Origin: Macrostomum lignano
Lineage: Eukaryota
NCBI GenBank assembly: GCA_002269645.1
Contig: NIVC01000508.1
Coordinates: 124,001 to 188,000, forward strand
Direction of reading: 5' to 3'
DNA length: 64,000 bases
The notes beneath the pieces are model-generated. The model searched no databases. It was not told the origin of the DNA and worked only from the letters and a program-made list of their open reading frames with translations. The position numbers were made by a program, and so were the translations under genes. Below are positions 10,785 to 20,986 of the stretch, one piece after another. Every line of letters begins with the position of its first letter. Position 1 is the first letter of the stretch.

Positions 10785-11860
10785 TCTTCTCAGCTTTCTC
10801 TCTTTTCTCCCCTCTCCTTTCTCCTCTCCCCCTTTCTCCTCTCTCTCCTTTCTCCTCTCTCCCCTCTCCTTTCTTCTCTCTCCCCTTTTCCCTTTCTCCT
10901 CTCCCCTCTCTCCTTTCTCCAATCTCCCCTCTCCTTTCTCCTCTCCCCTCTCTCCTTTCTCCACTCTCCCCTCTCCTTTCTCCCCTCTCTCCTCTCCTTT
11001 CTCCTCTCTCCCCTCTCCTTTCTCCACTCTCCCCTCTCTCCTTTCTCCTCTCCCCTCTCTCCTTTCTCCACTCTCCCCTCTCCTTTCTCCTCTCTCCTTT
11101 CTCCTCTCTCCTTTCTCCTCTCTCCCCTCTCCTTTCTCCACTCTCCCCTCTCTCCTTTCTCCTCTCCCCTCTCTCCTTTCTCCACTCTCCCCTCTCCTTT
11201 CTCCTCTCTCCTTTCTCCTCTCTCCTTTCTCCCCTCTCCTTTCTCCACTCTCCCCTCTCTCCTTTCTCCTCTCCCCTCTCTCCTTTCTCCTCTCCCCCTT
11301 TCTCCTCTCTCTCCTTTCTCCTCTCTCCCCTCTCCTTTCTTCTCTCTCCCCTTTTCCCTTTCTCCTCTCCCCTCTCCTTTCTCCTCTCCCCTCTCTCCTT
11401 TCTCCACTCTCCCCTCTCCTTTCTCCCCTCTCTCCTCTCCTTTCTCCTCTCTCCCCTCTCCTTTCTCCACTCTCCCCTCTCTCCTTTCTCCTCTCCCCTC
11501 TCTCCTTTCTCCACTCTCCCCTCTCCTTTCTCCTCTCTCCTTTCTCCCCTCTCTCCTCTCCTTTCTCCTCTCTCCCCTCTCCTTTCTCCACTCTCCCCTC
11601 TCTCCTTTCTCCTCTCCCCTCTCTCCTTTCTCCTCTCTCCCCTCTCCCTTTTCTCCACTCTCCCCTCTCTCCTTTCTCCTCTCCCCTCTCTCCTCTCCCC
11701 TGTCCCCTTTCTCCTCTCCTTTCTCCTCTCTCCCCTCTCCTTTCTCCACTCTCCCCTCTCTCCTCTCCTTTCTCCTCTCTCCCCTCGCCTTTCTCCACTC
11801 TCCCCTCTCTCCTTTCTCCTCTCTCCCCTCTCCTTTCTCCTCTCCCTTCTCTTCTATATT
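10785..11860. repeat. About 1.1-kb polypyrimidine/polypurine low-complexity tract
   Basis: Almost exclusively C/T on the + strand, built from ctctcctttctc-type units. Confidence 0.95.
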
Positions 11861-12092
11861 TTTTATCATTCCATCTCTCACCTCACCTCTCTTCTTTCAT
11901 CTTCTATTCCGTCCCCTTTCCACTCTCAACTGGCCCGCAGCCATAAGCTGGACTCTATCTGGCATTTGACGTAATAAAAGTTTGCCGACCCTGCAGTACA
12001 CAGCAAAACTGAACGCTAATTTTATAAATGCGTAATCAAAATTGTAACAACAATGATAGAAGAGATAGTTAGCTCGCAATGCTTGAAGTAGT

Positions 12093-12512
12093 TCACAACT
12101 GGAAGCTGATCTTCGTGCGCAGATCCTCCAGTATCTGGTTGAGATCTTCGTCCTCAAATCGACCAGCTAAGCTGGGAATCAGCGCTTTGGCCTCCTCGGC
12201 TGTCTCCGGGCACAAGTTGGCGATGGCCGCTAATTCGAAATTATGCAGCTTCTTGCCCTGCAGCAGGTCGCGCACAGCGCTAATGGTCTCTTCGTTGTTG
12301 AACTTGGCGAATCGCTGGCAATAGTTGAGGGTTTTCGTCTCCACTTCGCTGGGCTCAAGTTCTTCTTCGCGCTGCTCGTTAGCGGCTTTGCGCTTCTCGA
12401 GAATCTGCCTGACCTCAGACACTGTGAGGGTCTGCGCCTTGTCGAACTCAAGCGGAAAGCGAAGCTCGCTGGCGTCCTCTTCGGGCACCTCGTTGGGGAG
12501 AGGCTGGCTCAT
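12093..12512 (-). CDS. POLR2D: RNA polymerase II subunit RPB4, intronless CDS, 139 aa
   Basis: [20 protein letters not shown] and [28 protein letters not shown] are hallmark Rpb4 motifs. Confidence 0.96.
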   Translation of the reverse strand: MSQPLPNEVPEEDASELRFPLEFDKAQTLTVSEVRQILEKRKAANEQREEELEPSEVETKTLNYCQRFAKFNNEETISAVRDLLQGKKLHNFELAAIANLCPETAEEAKALIPSLAGRFEDEDLNQILEDLRTKISFQL

Positions 12513-12557
12513 GATGACGCTGAGATGGCTGGAGCTGCAGGTGAAGATGAGGACTTC

Positions 12558-13303
12558 TGTGGGTCAGGGCTGCTCTCTGATGCTGCTGTGGGTCAGGGCT
12601 GCTCTCTGATGCTGCTGTGGGTCAGGGCTGCTCTCTGATGCTGCTGTGGGTCAGGGCTGCTCTCTGATGCTGCTGTGGGTCAGGGCTGCTCTCTGTTGCT
12701 GCTGTGGGTCAGGGCTGCTCTCTGATGCTGCTGTGGGTCAGGGCTGCTATCTGATGCTGCTGTGGGTCAGGGCTGCTCTCTGATGCTGCTGTGGGTCAGG
12801 GCTGCTCTCTGATGCTGTGTGGGTCAGGGCTGCTCTCTGATGCTGCTGTGGGTCAGGGCTGCTCTCTGATGCTGCAGTGAGTCAGGGCTGCTCTCTGATG
12901 CTGTGTGGGTCAGACAGGGCTACTCTCTGATGCTGCAGTGGGTCAGGGCTGCTCTCTGATGCTGCAGTGGGTCAGGGCTGCTCTCTGATGCTGCTGTGGG
13001 TCAGGGCTGCTCTCTGATGCTGTGTGGGTCAGGGCTGCTCTCTGATGCTGCTGTGGGTCAGGGCTGCTCTCTGATGCTGCAGTGAGTCAGGGCTGCTCTT
13101 TGATGCTGCAGTGAGTCAGGGCTGCTCTCTGATGCTGTGTGGGTCAGACAGGGCTACTCTCTGATGCTGTGTGGGTCAGACAGGGCTACTCTCTGATGCT
13201 GCAGTGGGTCAGGGCTGCTCTCTGATGCTGCAGTGGGTCAGGGCTGCTCTCTGATGCTGCAGTGAGTCAGGGCTGCTCTCTGATGCTGCAGTGAGTCAGG
13301 GCT
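12558..13303. repeat. 29-bp minisatellite (gggtcagggctgctctctgatgctgctgt)n upstream of POLR2D
   Basis: About 25 copies. Confidence 0.95.
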
Positions 13304-13728
13304 AGTCCCTAAATAAGTTAGAAAACAAGATCAGAGTAAAAAAATCGACAAATAGTAGAATTTATTTATTAAAATTTTTTAGAGACAGACACGGTTGAAT
13401 TAAAACAGTAGCGTTACGGAGTCCGACTTTGGAATTATGCCAATTTCCAAAGCACACAGCAAGAATAGCGCGTTATTTTTGAAAAATTTATTTTAAACAC
13501 AACTGGGTGGCTTTAAAAACATAAGTATCGAAATATTGATCAAAGTGGCACCTTGAATATATTCTACGAGCAGCATCAAAAGATACATATTTACGAAAAA
13601 TATCTTTCGAACACAGATTTACTGGCGATGTTAGCAAATGGAAGACTAAACTGAACGGTAACAGAGCATGTTTACAACAAGAGAAAAGTTCAAATTTCAG
13701 ACTGACACAAACTTTTTGGCCGTCAGAT

Positions 13729-16700
13729 TCACTTGAAAAAAGTTCCACGTGAGTACACCCGAGCCACAGTAGACTGCAGGTGAGATACAAAAATCAGATC
13801 GCTGCTAGCGAAAATGCAGGACACTGGAGCAGAAGGAGAGCTCTCGACTGTCTGCAACAGGCGACCGTCAGGAAGGTGCACCTTCAGAGAGTCACTCCTG
13901 GCGACAAACACGAGACCTCGATCATCAGCGCAGAAGGCTGAGCCCTCACCAAGCTTCTCATCAGAGAATGCTGAGGTGACCCCAGTCTCCAGGCAGTGAT
14001 GCAGCAGCCGACTGCTCATCGGACAGGCGAACAGCAAACCCGATTTGCACAGGGAGATACCGAACAAACCGACAGGGGCTGCAGCGTCTGGCAGCTCGCT
14101 GAGCTCAATCACACTCTGCAGCTCAAGGGACTCAGCTGAGAAGCAGAAGACACTCAGCCTGGCGTGAGCATCAGAGACTCCGGCCACAAACACTTTGTCA
14201 GCATTGGCTGTCAGTCCCGTCAGCCTCTGCAGCTGGTCCACCCTTCTGCTGCGGACTATGCAGCCGCTGAGGTCCGCAAGGGCTACCGACACGACGGCAG
14301 GTGCTGCAGGTGTTGGTGGAAATGTCGATGCAGGTGCAAACGTAGACACAGGTGTTGATGCAGATGTCGCTGCAGTTGTTGATGCAGATGTCACTACAGG
14401 TGCGAATGAAAACTTCGGTGCAGGTGTTGATGCAGATGTCGCTGCAGTTGTTGATGCAGATGTCACTACAGGTGCGAATGAAAACTTCGGTGCAGGTGTT
14501 GATGCAGATGTCGCTGCAGTTTTTGATGCAGATGTCACTACAGGTGCAAACGAAAACTTCGGTGCAGATGTTGATGCAGATGTCGCTGCAGTTGTTGATG
14601 CAGATGTCACTACAGGTGCGAATGAAAACTTCGGTGCAGGTGTTGATGCAGATGTCGCTGCAGTTTTTGATGCAGATGTCACTACAGGTGCAAACGAAAA
14701 CTTCGGTGCAGGTGTTGATGCAGATGTCGCTGCAGTTGTTGATGCAGATGTCACTACAGGTGCGAATGAAAACTTCGGTGCAGGTGTTGATGCAGATGTC
14801 GCTGCAGTTTTTGATGCAGATGTCACTACAGGTGCAAACGAAAACTTCGGTGCAGGTGTTGATGCAGATGTCGCTGCAGTTTTTGATGCAGATGTCACTA
14901 CAGGTGCAAACGAAAACTTCGGTGCAGGTGTTGATGCAGATGTCGCTGCAGTTGTTGATGCAGATGTCACTACAGGTGCGAATGAAAACTTCGGTGCAGG
15001 TGTTGATGCAGATGTCGCTGCAGTTTTTGATGCAGATGTCACTACAGGTGCAAACGAAAACTTCGGTGCAGGTGTTGATGCAGATGTCGCTGCAGTTGTT
15101 GATGCAGATGTCGCTGCTGGTGTAAACGAAAATGTCGTTGCACTTGTTGATGCTGTTGTTGCTGCAGACGCCAATTCAGCTAGTAACGCAGATAGTTTTC
15201 TACGTGCTTCAACAGATGGGCTCGAAGAGCCGACAGATGCACCTGAAGAGGTGCCAAAGCTCATTTCGAAACCTGTACGAGCTGTAAAAGACAATTGCTC
15301 GGGTCCTTGGATAGACGCTCCACTAAGCCCTCTACCAGACGCCAAGGCCAGCCGAGGACCACCAGGCACCCAGCACAGGTCGTTCGGCTTCTGATCCCAG
15401 CCTGTCAGTTTGCAGTAAAATCGAGACTCCGAGTTCTCAGAGTCGATAAACAGCAGAGAGTCTTGAGAATCCGACCGAAGCACAACCAGGCACTCAGCTG
15501 GCAGCGGGTTGGGACCCCGTTCCGATGTCACCTGACCAAACCAGCTAGTAAAGAAGCCGGTAGTGTTGCTGCAGACTGTTAAACGGGTCGTCCAATTAAA
15601 GCAAGATTGTAGGCCAGTTGAATTGGACATGCGGATTGGCAAAACTCCAACCTGTTCATCCGTCTCCGCAGGCACTTGGGCACTTTGGTTTGTCTGACCG
15701 AAATTAATCCAAGGAACTTTCGAATTGCTTTCTATAGATTGAGGAAAGCCGAAAGCAACTGGTGTGCCTGTTTTACCTGCGGTAGATGCAACTGCATCAG
15801 TGAAAGCCGTAGCAGAGTTCCTGCTCAATGCCGAAGCACTCGATGAGGCACCGCCTCGGCTGGACGTAGAATAATTCAGTCGGCGAGTGCCATGCCTCTG
15901 AGTGGATCTCTCAACCCGATTGCTAAGCAACCAAGTCCGATATGGAGACTTATGAACAACATCCGCATTGAGTGACAACACAGGACTAGCAGTGACAGCT
16001 GGCTCAGAGCAATAGCAAAGCTTGCTAAGTTCAGCTTGAAGCAACAGCGTCAAAGAGTGAAGACGACGCTGCAAATTCGGACAGTCAATCACTGGCTGCT
16101 CGCAGTCTATATTCTTTAGAAGCGACTTGGCTTTGAAAATTTCGTTCGTCTGCTGCTCAGCATCGGCAGCCTGAGCTCTGGCTACCTGTCTGTCGACTCT
16201 CTCTAGATTCTGCAGACAGCCCGACACCTGCTCCTGGATGGCGGCAATCTCGCCACACAAACTGTTCTTAGTTTGGCCCAGCATCTCCTGCATCTCGCCC
16301 AGCAACTCCTCAACCGTCTGCACATCGTGCTCAAGCCGCCACTTGGCGCTCACAATTCTGTTTCTGGCCGGCTCCAAGCGCCTGTGAGACTCGGTGAGTC
16401 GAGACAGCTTCGACCTGAGCTGCTCCAGCTCCGACTGCAGGTGAGACTCGCACACCGACATTCTGGACACCGGACCGCAGGCGCTGACGCTCCGTGAGCT
16501 GCAGTTCAGCTGTGAGCAGGCGGCCTCTGTTCCCAGCTGCTGCGGCTCCTTCGGCGTGGTGCCTCCAGCTGCCGTCATCATGCGGTACATCTGCACCATC
16601 TGGCTGGTCTTGGCGTCCGGCGTCAGCTGCTCCGGTGGCACCGCGCACACCTGGCCGCACACTGGGCAGCTGCGGCCACCGCTGCAGTCGGCCGGAAGCG

Positions 16701-16800
16701 ACCGGAAGCAGGGCAGACAGACGGTGTGGCGACACGGCAGCTCGCGTGGCTCCGCGAACAGCTGGGAGCACAGGGGGCAGGACACGAAGCTGGCGTCCAT
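13729..16800 (-). CDS. TRIM-like E3 ligase 1 (RING, degenerate B-box, coiled coil, NHL-like propeller) with an internal 24-aa FSF repeat; 1023 aa, intronless
   Basis: C3HC4 RING CPLC..PCRHTVCLPC..CPVC, a heptad region at about aa 118-225, and NHL-like C-terminal blades (FCADDRGLVFVA..LKVHLPDGRLLQ). An in-frame acceptor at 16864 could add 21 codons. Confidence 0.85.
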   Translation of the reverse strand: MDASFVSCPLCSQLFAEPRELPCRHTVCLPCFRSLPADCSGGRSCPVCGQVCAVPPEQLTPDAKTSQMVQMYRMMTAAGGTTPKEPQQLGTEAACSQLNCSSRSVSACGPVSRMSVCESHLQSELEQLRSKLSRLTESHRRLEPARNRIVSAKWRLEHDVQTVEELLGEMQEMLGQTKNSLCGEIAAIQEQVSGCLQNLERVDRQVARAQAADAEQQTNEIFKAKSLLKNIDCEQPVIDCPNLQRRLHSLTLLLQAELSKLCYCSEPAVTASPVLSLNADVVHKSPYRTWLLSNRVERSTQRHGTRRLNYSTSSRGGASSSASALSRNSATAFTDAVASTAGKTGTPVAFGFPQSIESNSKVPWINFGQTNQSAQVPAETDEQVGVLPIRMSNSTGLQSCFNWTTRLTVCSNTTGFFTSWFGQVTSERGPNPLPAECLVVLRSDSQDSLLFIDSENSESRFYCKLTGWDQKPNDLCWVPGGPRLALASGRGLSGASIQGPEQLSFTARTGFEMSFGTSSGASVGSSSPSVEARRKLSALLAELASAATTASTSATTFSFTPAATSASTTAATSASTPAPKFSFAPVVTSASKTAATSASTPAPKFSFAPVVTSASTTAATSASTPAPKFSFAPVVTSASKTAATSASTPAPKFSFAPVVTSASKTAATSASTPAPKFSFAPVVTSASTTAATSASTPAPKFSFAPVVTSASKTAATSASTPAPKFSFAPVVTSASTTAATSASTSAPKFSFAPVVTSASKTAATSASTPAPKFSFAPVVTSASTTAATSASTPAPKFSFAPVVTSASTTAATSASTPVSTFAPASTFPPTPAAPAVVSVALADLSGCIVRSRRVDQLQRLTGLTANADKVFVAGVSDAHARLSVFCFSAESLELQSVIELSELPDAAAPVGLFGISLCKSGLLFACPMSSRLLHHCLETGVTSAFSDEKLGEGSAFCADDRGLVFVARSDSLKVHLPDGRLLQTVESSPSAPVSCIFASSDLIFVSHLQSTVARVYSRGTFFK
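14345..15125 (-). repeat. Coding 72-bp tandem repeat, 10 full units of TAATSASTPAPKFSFAPVVTSAS[K/T] plus partial units
   Basis: Direct read. The repeat is in frame with the TRIM-like 1 domains on both sides. Confidence 0.95.
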
Positions 16801-17514
16801 GCTGCAATGGCGGTGGTTGCAGAGCTTGCAGTCAGCCTCATCACTGCTCAGGGAATTGTCATACTGAAAACTCTAATTGAAATTGGACAGGGCCTAAAAG
16901 TATTCAGTTTACAGCCTCAAAACTTTTCAAGACCTAAATTATTCAAGACCTAAATTTCCCAAGACCCAAATTTGACAAGGCCTAAATTTCTCAATGCTGC
17001 AATGGCGGTGGGGTAATGATATTCATTAATATGTTGGGTTTGCATCTTCTATTACGGAATGTGAAAGTCTATCGGGCAGTGGAAAATAGGCGAATTCTGT
17101 TCAGAATTGTGAAAATGATAGTTATAGAAAATAATTTGCTAAAATCGATTACATAGATAGATAGATAGACACAGACAGACCATTTTTAGTATATGGAAAT
17201 CAGACAAACTGTAGTTACTTTTATTTAAAATTTTTGGAACAAGATAAAATTAAAACTCGAGAACATTTGAAGGAATGATTTGGAAAAATAAAAGATCAAA
17301 GACGCAAATAGCGGACTTGGGCGCAACTTTGGCAGTCAGTGGATGAAATTGTAATTAAAATTTATGTGAGCCTTTGGCACATGAAAGCATGAACGTCAAT
17401 GTTGTCACACACTTAAACATATCAAACAGTAACATCACTGATAAGCAAACCATTGAAAACGTTTTAAGCCTTACCCAACTTGTGCTTTTAGGTAAGAGGA
17501 GTAGTCTTGGACGA

Positions 17515-17770
17515 CATGGCCTGTGAGGGTGTGAGGCATGCCTGTGAGGGTGTGAGGCATGGCCTGTGAGGGTGTGAGGCATGGCCTGTGAGGGTGTGAG
17601 GCATGGCCTGTGAGGGTGTGAGGCATGGCCTGTGAGGGTGTGAGGCATGCCTGTGAGGGTGTGAGGCATGCCTGTGAGGGTGTGAAGCATGGCCTGTGAG
17701 AGTGTGAGGCATGCCTGTGAGAGTGTGAGGCATGCCTGTGAGGGTGTGAGGCATGGCCTGTGAGGGTGAT
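17515..17770. repeat. 21/22-bp minisatellite (ggcatggcctgtgagggtgtga)n between the TRIM paralogs
   Basis: About 11 copies. Confidence 0.92.
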
Positions 17771-18234
17771 GACCTGTGCAGTATGGATGAGGAGTAAGTA
17801 GTTTATTTTTGGCCTGTTCAAGTACCAATGGTATTGCAAAAAATAATTTGAAAATAAAAGTGAAGCACAAAAAATCACCGTACGATTAAATAGAAAAACA
17901 AAATAAAGTCAATATAAAAATCACTAAAACGATTCAATGTAAAAAAGTTGATTTAAAATAGATTGCATAGTAAAAAGCTCCATAATCATTAACAAATCTA
18001 GTCAATCAACTAGAAATAAACTGATTAATAAGGTTCAATATTCATAATACTATTTGAGCAGAATCAAAAGGAATAACTGGTTGATGTAAGAACCTTTTTG
18101 TGTCGCTTTAAAAGGCGCAAAAATTTATCTCGTAGAATCTGTTTCAAGTTGTGAGCCAGTGGAAGTGACTGAATTTTTTTTTGCCGTGAAGTTTATGAAA
18201 CGCCTCACTATTCTGCTCATCAAGGAAAGCCAGT

Positions 18235-20265
18235 TTACAGGCTATTAGGAAAAACAAAAACCTGATTCTCCTGTGAGCCATCAGCATTGCAGAGCAGGAA
18301 GACCCGACTGCTGCTGCACGCCATGGCAGTGGAAAAATTCTGGTACGGTTGGTAAGAAGCCACAGAGCATGGCCGAAGCCCACCACCATACAGACGCTGC
18401 CCAAAGTACTGGCGATTCCGCAACTGAAGGCTCTGCAACAAGCGACCGTCAGGAAGGTGCACCTTCAGAGAGTCACTCCTAGCGACAAACACGAGACCTC
18501 GATCATCAGCGCAGAAGGCTGAGCCATCACCAAGCTTCTCATCAGAGAATGCTGAGGTGACCCCAGTCTCCAGGCAATGATGCAGCAACCGACTGCTCAC
18601 CGGACAGACGAACAGCAGACCCGATTTGCATAGCGAGATGCCGAACACACCGACAGGGGCTGCAGCGTCTGGCAGCTGGCTGAGCTCAATCACACTCTGC
18701 AGCTCAAGGGACTCAGCTGAGAAGCAGACGACACTCAGCCTGGCGTGAGCAGCAGAGACTCCGGCCACAAACACTTTGTCAGCATTGGCTGTCAGTCCCG
18801 TCAGCCTCTGCAGCTGGTCCACCCTTCTGCTGCGAACTATGCAGCCGCTGAGGTCTGCCAGGGCTACCGACACGACGGCAGGTGCTGCAGGTGTTGGTGC
18901 AGGCGGCAGTGAAGGTGATGCTGCAGATGGTGCTCTAGGTCCTCCAAAAGCTGACCCCAAAGAGCCGGCAGATGCTCCAAAAGTAAAGGTTTTGAAACCT
19001 GTAAAAGATGAATCTTCGGGTCCTTTGGCAGACGCTCCACTAGACCCTCTACCAGACGCCAAGGCCAGCCGAGGACCCCCAGGCACCCAGCACAGGTCAT
19101 TCGGCTTCTGATCCCAGCTTGTCAGTTGGCAGTGAAATCGAGAGTCCGAGTTCTCAGAGTCGATGAACAGCAGAGAGTCTTGAGAATCCGACCGGAGCAC
19201 AACAAGGCACTCAGCTGGCAGAGCGTTCCTGCCCACGGCAACCGATATTAGCCCTGAAGGGTCGCTGAAGAAGCCATTCGTATTGCAGCAGACTGCTAAG
19301 GCAAGCGTGTGTGAAGGATTCTGCAGATTAACAACACGAACATCTGCTGGCGCTGCACCGAAGAGCTCCCGAGGTTGAGCCTGACCAAATTGGTTGTATG
19401 GCCGAGACAAGCAGACCTGAGACACATCATTAGACAAAGGCTGCAGTATGGAATGCTCAGTCCCAATCCTGTCATCAAATCCAAGCCGACTCAACTCAGC
19501 CCTGCAAACAATCAGTGCCGACAGCAGACGGCGGCCTACAGTGTCGCTCAGTCTTACATTGTCGATGCCAGCAAGCGAGTTGATCAGCGACTTTCCGCTC
19601 AAGATTTTATTAAACTGCAGCTCAGCATCGGCAGCCTGAGCTCTGGCTACCTGTCTGTCGACTTTCTCCAGATTCTGCAGACAGCCCGACACCTGCTCCT
19701 GGATGGCGGCAATCTCTGCACACAAACTGTTCTTAGTCTGGCCCAGCATCTCCTGCATCTCGCCCAGCAACTCCTCAACCGTCTGCACATCGTGCTCAAG
19801 CCGCCACTTGGCGCTCACAATTCTCTTTCTGGCCGGCTCCAAGTGCCTGTGAGACTCGGTGAGTCGAGACAGCTTCGACCTGAGCTGCTCCAGCTCCGAC
19901 TGCAGGTGAGACTCGCACACCGACATTCTGGACACCGGACCGCAGGCGCTGACGCTCCGTGAGCTGCAGTTCAGCTGTGAGCAGGCGGCCTCTGTTCCCA
20001 GCTGCTGCGGCTCCTTCGGCGTGGCGCCGCCTGCCGCCGTCATCATGCGGTACATCTGCACCATCTGGCTGGTCTTGGCGTCCGGCGTCAGCTGCTCCGG
20101 TGGCACCGCGCAAACCTGGCCGCACACTGGGCAGCTGCGGCCACCGCTGCAGTCGGCCGGAAGCGACCGGAAGCAGGGCAGACAGACGGTGTGGCGACAC
20201 GGCAGCTCTCGTGGCTCCGCGAACAGCTGGGAGCACAGGGGGCAGGACACGAAGCTGGCGTCCAT
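18235..20265 (-). CDS. TRIM-like E3 ligase 2, tandem paralog lacking the 24-aa repeat; 676 aa, intronless
   Basis: The first approximately 225 aa and about 90 bp of 5' flank are nearly identical to copy 1, and the propeller blocks are shared. Confidence 0.85.
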   Translation of the reverse strand: MDASFVSCPLCSQLFAEPRELPCRHTVCLPCFRSLPADCSGGRSCPVCGQVCAVPPEQLTPDAKTSQMVQMYRMMTAAGGATPKEPQQLGTEAACSQLNCSSRSVSACGPVSRMSVCESHLQSELEQLRSKLSRLTESHRHLEPARKRIVSAKWRLEHDVQTVEELLGEMQEMLGQTKNSLCAEIAAIQEQVSGCLQNLEKVDRQVARAQAADAELQFNKILSGKSLINSLAGIDNVRLSDTVGRRLLSALIVCRAELSRLGFDDRIGTEHSILQPLSNDVSQVCLSRPYNQFGQAQPRELFGAAPADVRVVNLQNPSHTLALAVCCNTNGFFSDPSGLISVAVGRNALPAECLVVLRSDSQDSLLFIDSENSDSRFHCQLTSWDQKPNDLCWVPGGPRLALASGRGSSGASAKGPEDSSFTGFKTFTFGASAGSLGSAFGGPRAPSAASPSLPPAPTPAAPAVVSVALADLSGCIVRSRRVDQLQRLTGLTANADKVFVAGVSAAHARLSVVCFSAESLELQSVIELSQLPDAAAPVGVFGISLCKSGLLFVCPVSSRLLHHCLETGVTSAFSDEKLGDGSAFCADDRGLVFVARSDSLKVHLPDGRLLQSLQLRNRQYFGQRLYGGGLRPCSVASYQPYQNFSTAMACSSSRVFLLCNADGSQENQVFVFPNSL

Positions 20266-20713
20266 GCTGCAATGGCGGTGGTTGCAGAGCTTGCAGTCAG
20301 CCTCATCACTGCTCAGGGAATTGTCATACTGAAAACTCTAATTGAAATTGGACAGTACCTAAAAGTTTAGCATTCAGTCTCACTGCTCCTAAACTTCTCA
20401 AGACTTAAACTTCTCAGGAGTCAGGACCTAAACTTCACATGACCTAAACTTCTCAGGACCTAAACTTTACATGACCTAAACTTCACATGACCTAAACTTC
20501 TCAGGACTTAAACTTCACATGACCTAAACTTCTCAGGACTTAAACTTCACATGACCTAAACTTCTCAAGACCTAAATAAACTTTTAAAGTCTAAATTTCA
20601 CAAGACCTAAACTTTTTAAGACTTAAATTTTACAAGACAAAAAATTCAGAAGACCAACATCTTGAAGGACATAAGAGTGATAATTTTACAGCAAAAACTT
20701 CCAGAGGACCTAA

Positions 20714-20986
20714 AGGGCCTGTCAACTTAAGCTCATAAAGTGTAGCCCGAGAAATCTATGTACACAAATGATATGTCATTCTGCTCACAGTGACAAGGGA
20801 ATAAGCAAGGAGATAATTAGGGACACCACTTTTTGAGCTTAGCTTAAGTTGATATAATATTTCCAATTATCACCTTATTTATTCTCACTTATCCCAAGTC
20901 CCAGTTTTGTCACTGTGAGCAGAATGACGCATCATTTGTGTACATAGACCCGGGCTCCACTTTATGAGCTGAAGTTGACAGGTTCT
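20714..20986. mobile_element. MITE of about 270 bp with about 78-bp TIRs; Kolobok-like termini
   Basis: Left arm cctgtcaacttaagctcataaagtg...ctgctcacagtgacaa (20718-20796) is the reverse complement of 20907-20982. The termini (c)taaagggcctgtc and gacaggttctttca resemble degenerate TTAA-AGG ends. Confidence 0.8.

Noticed and set aside
10615-11974. Long E/R/G/K-rich and S/P/L/F-rich ORFs
   Set aside because: They are artefacts of the polypurine/polypyrimidine tract.
14195-15394. 399-aa and 257-aa plus-strand ORFs over TRIM1, and similar antisense ORFs over the SLC6 and TRIM genes
   Set aside because: They are antisense shadows of GC-rich or repetitive coding sequence.
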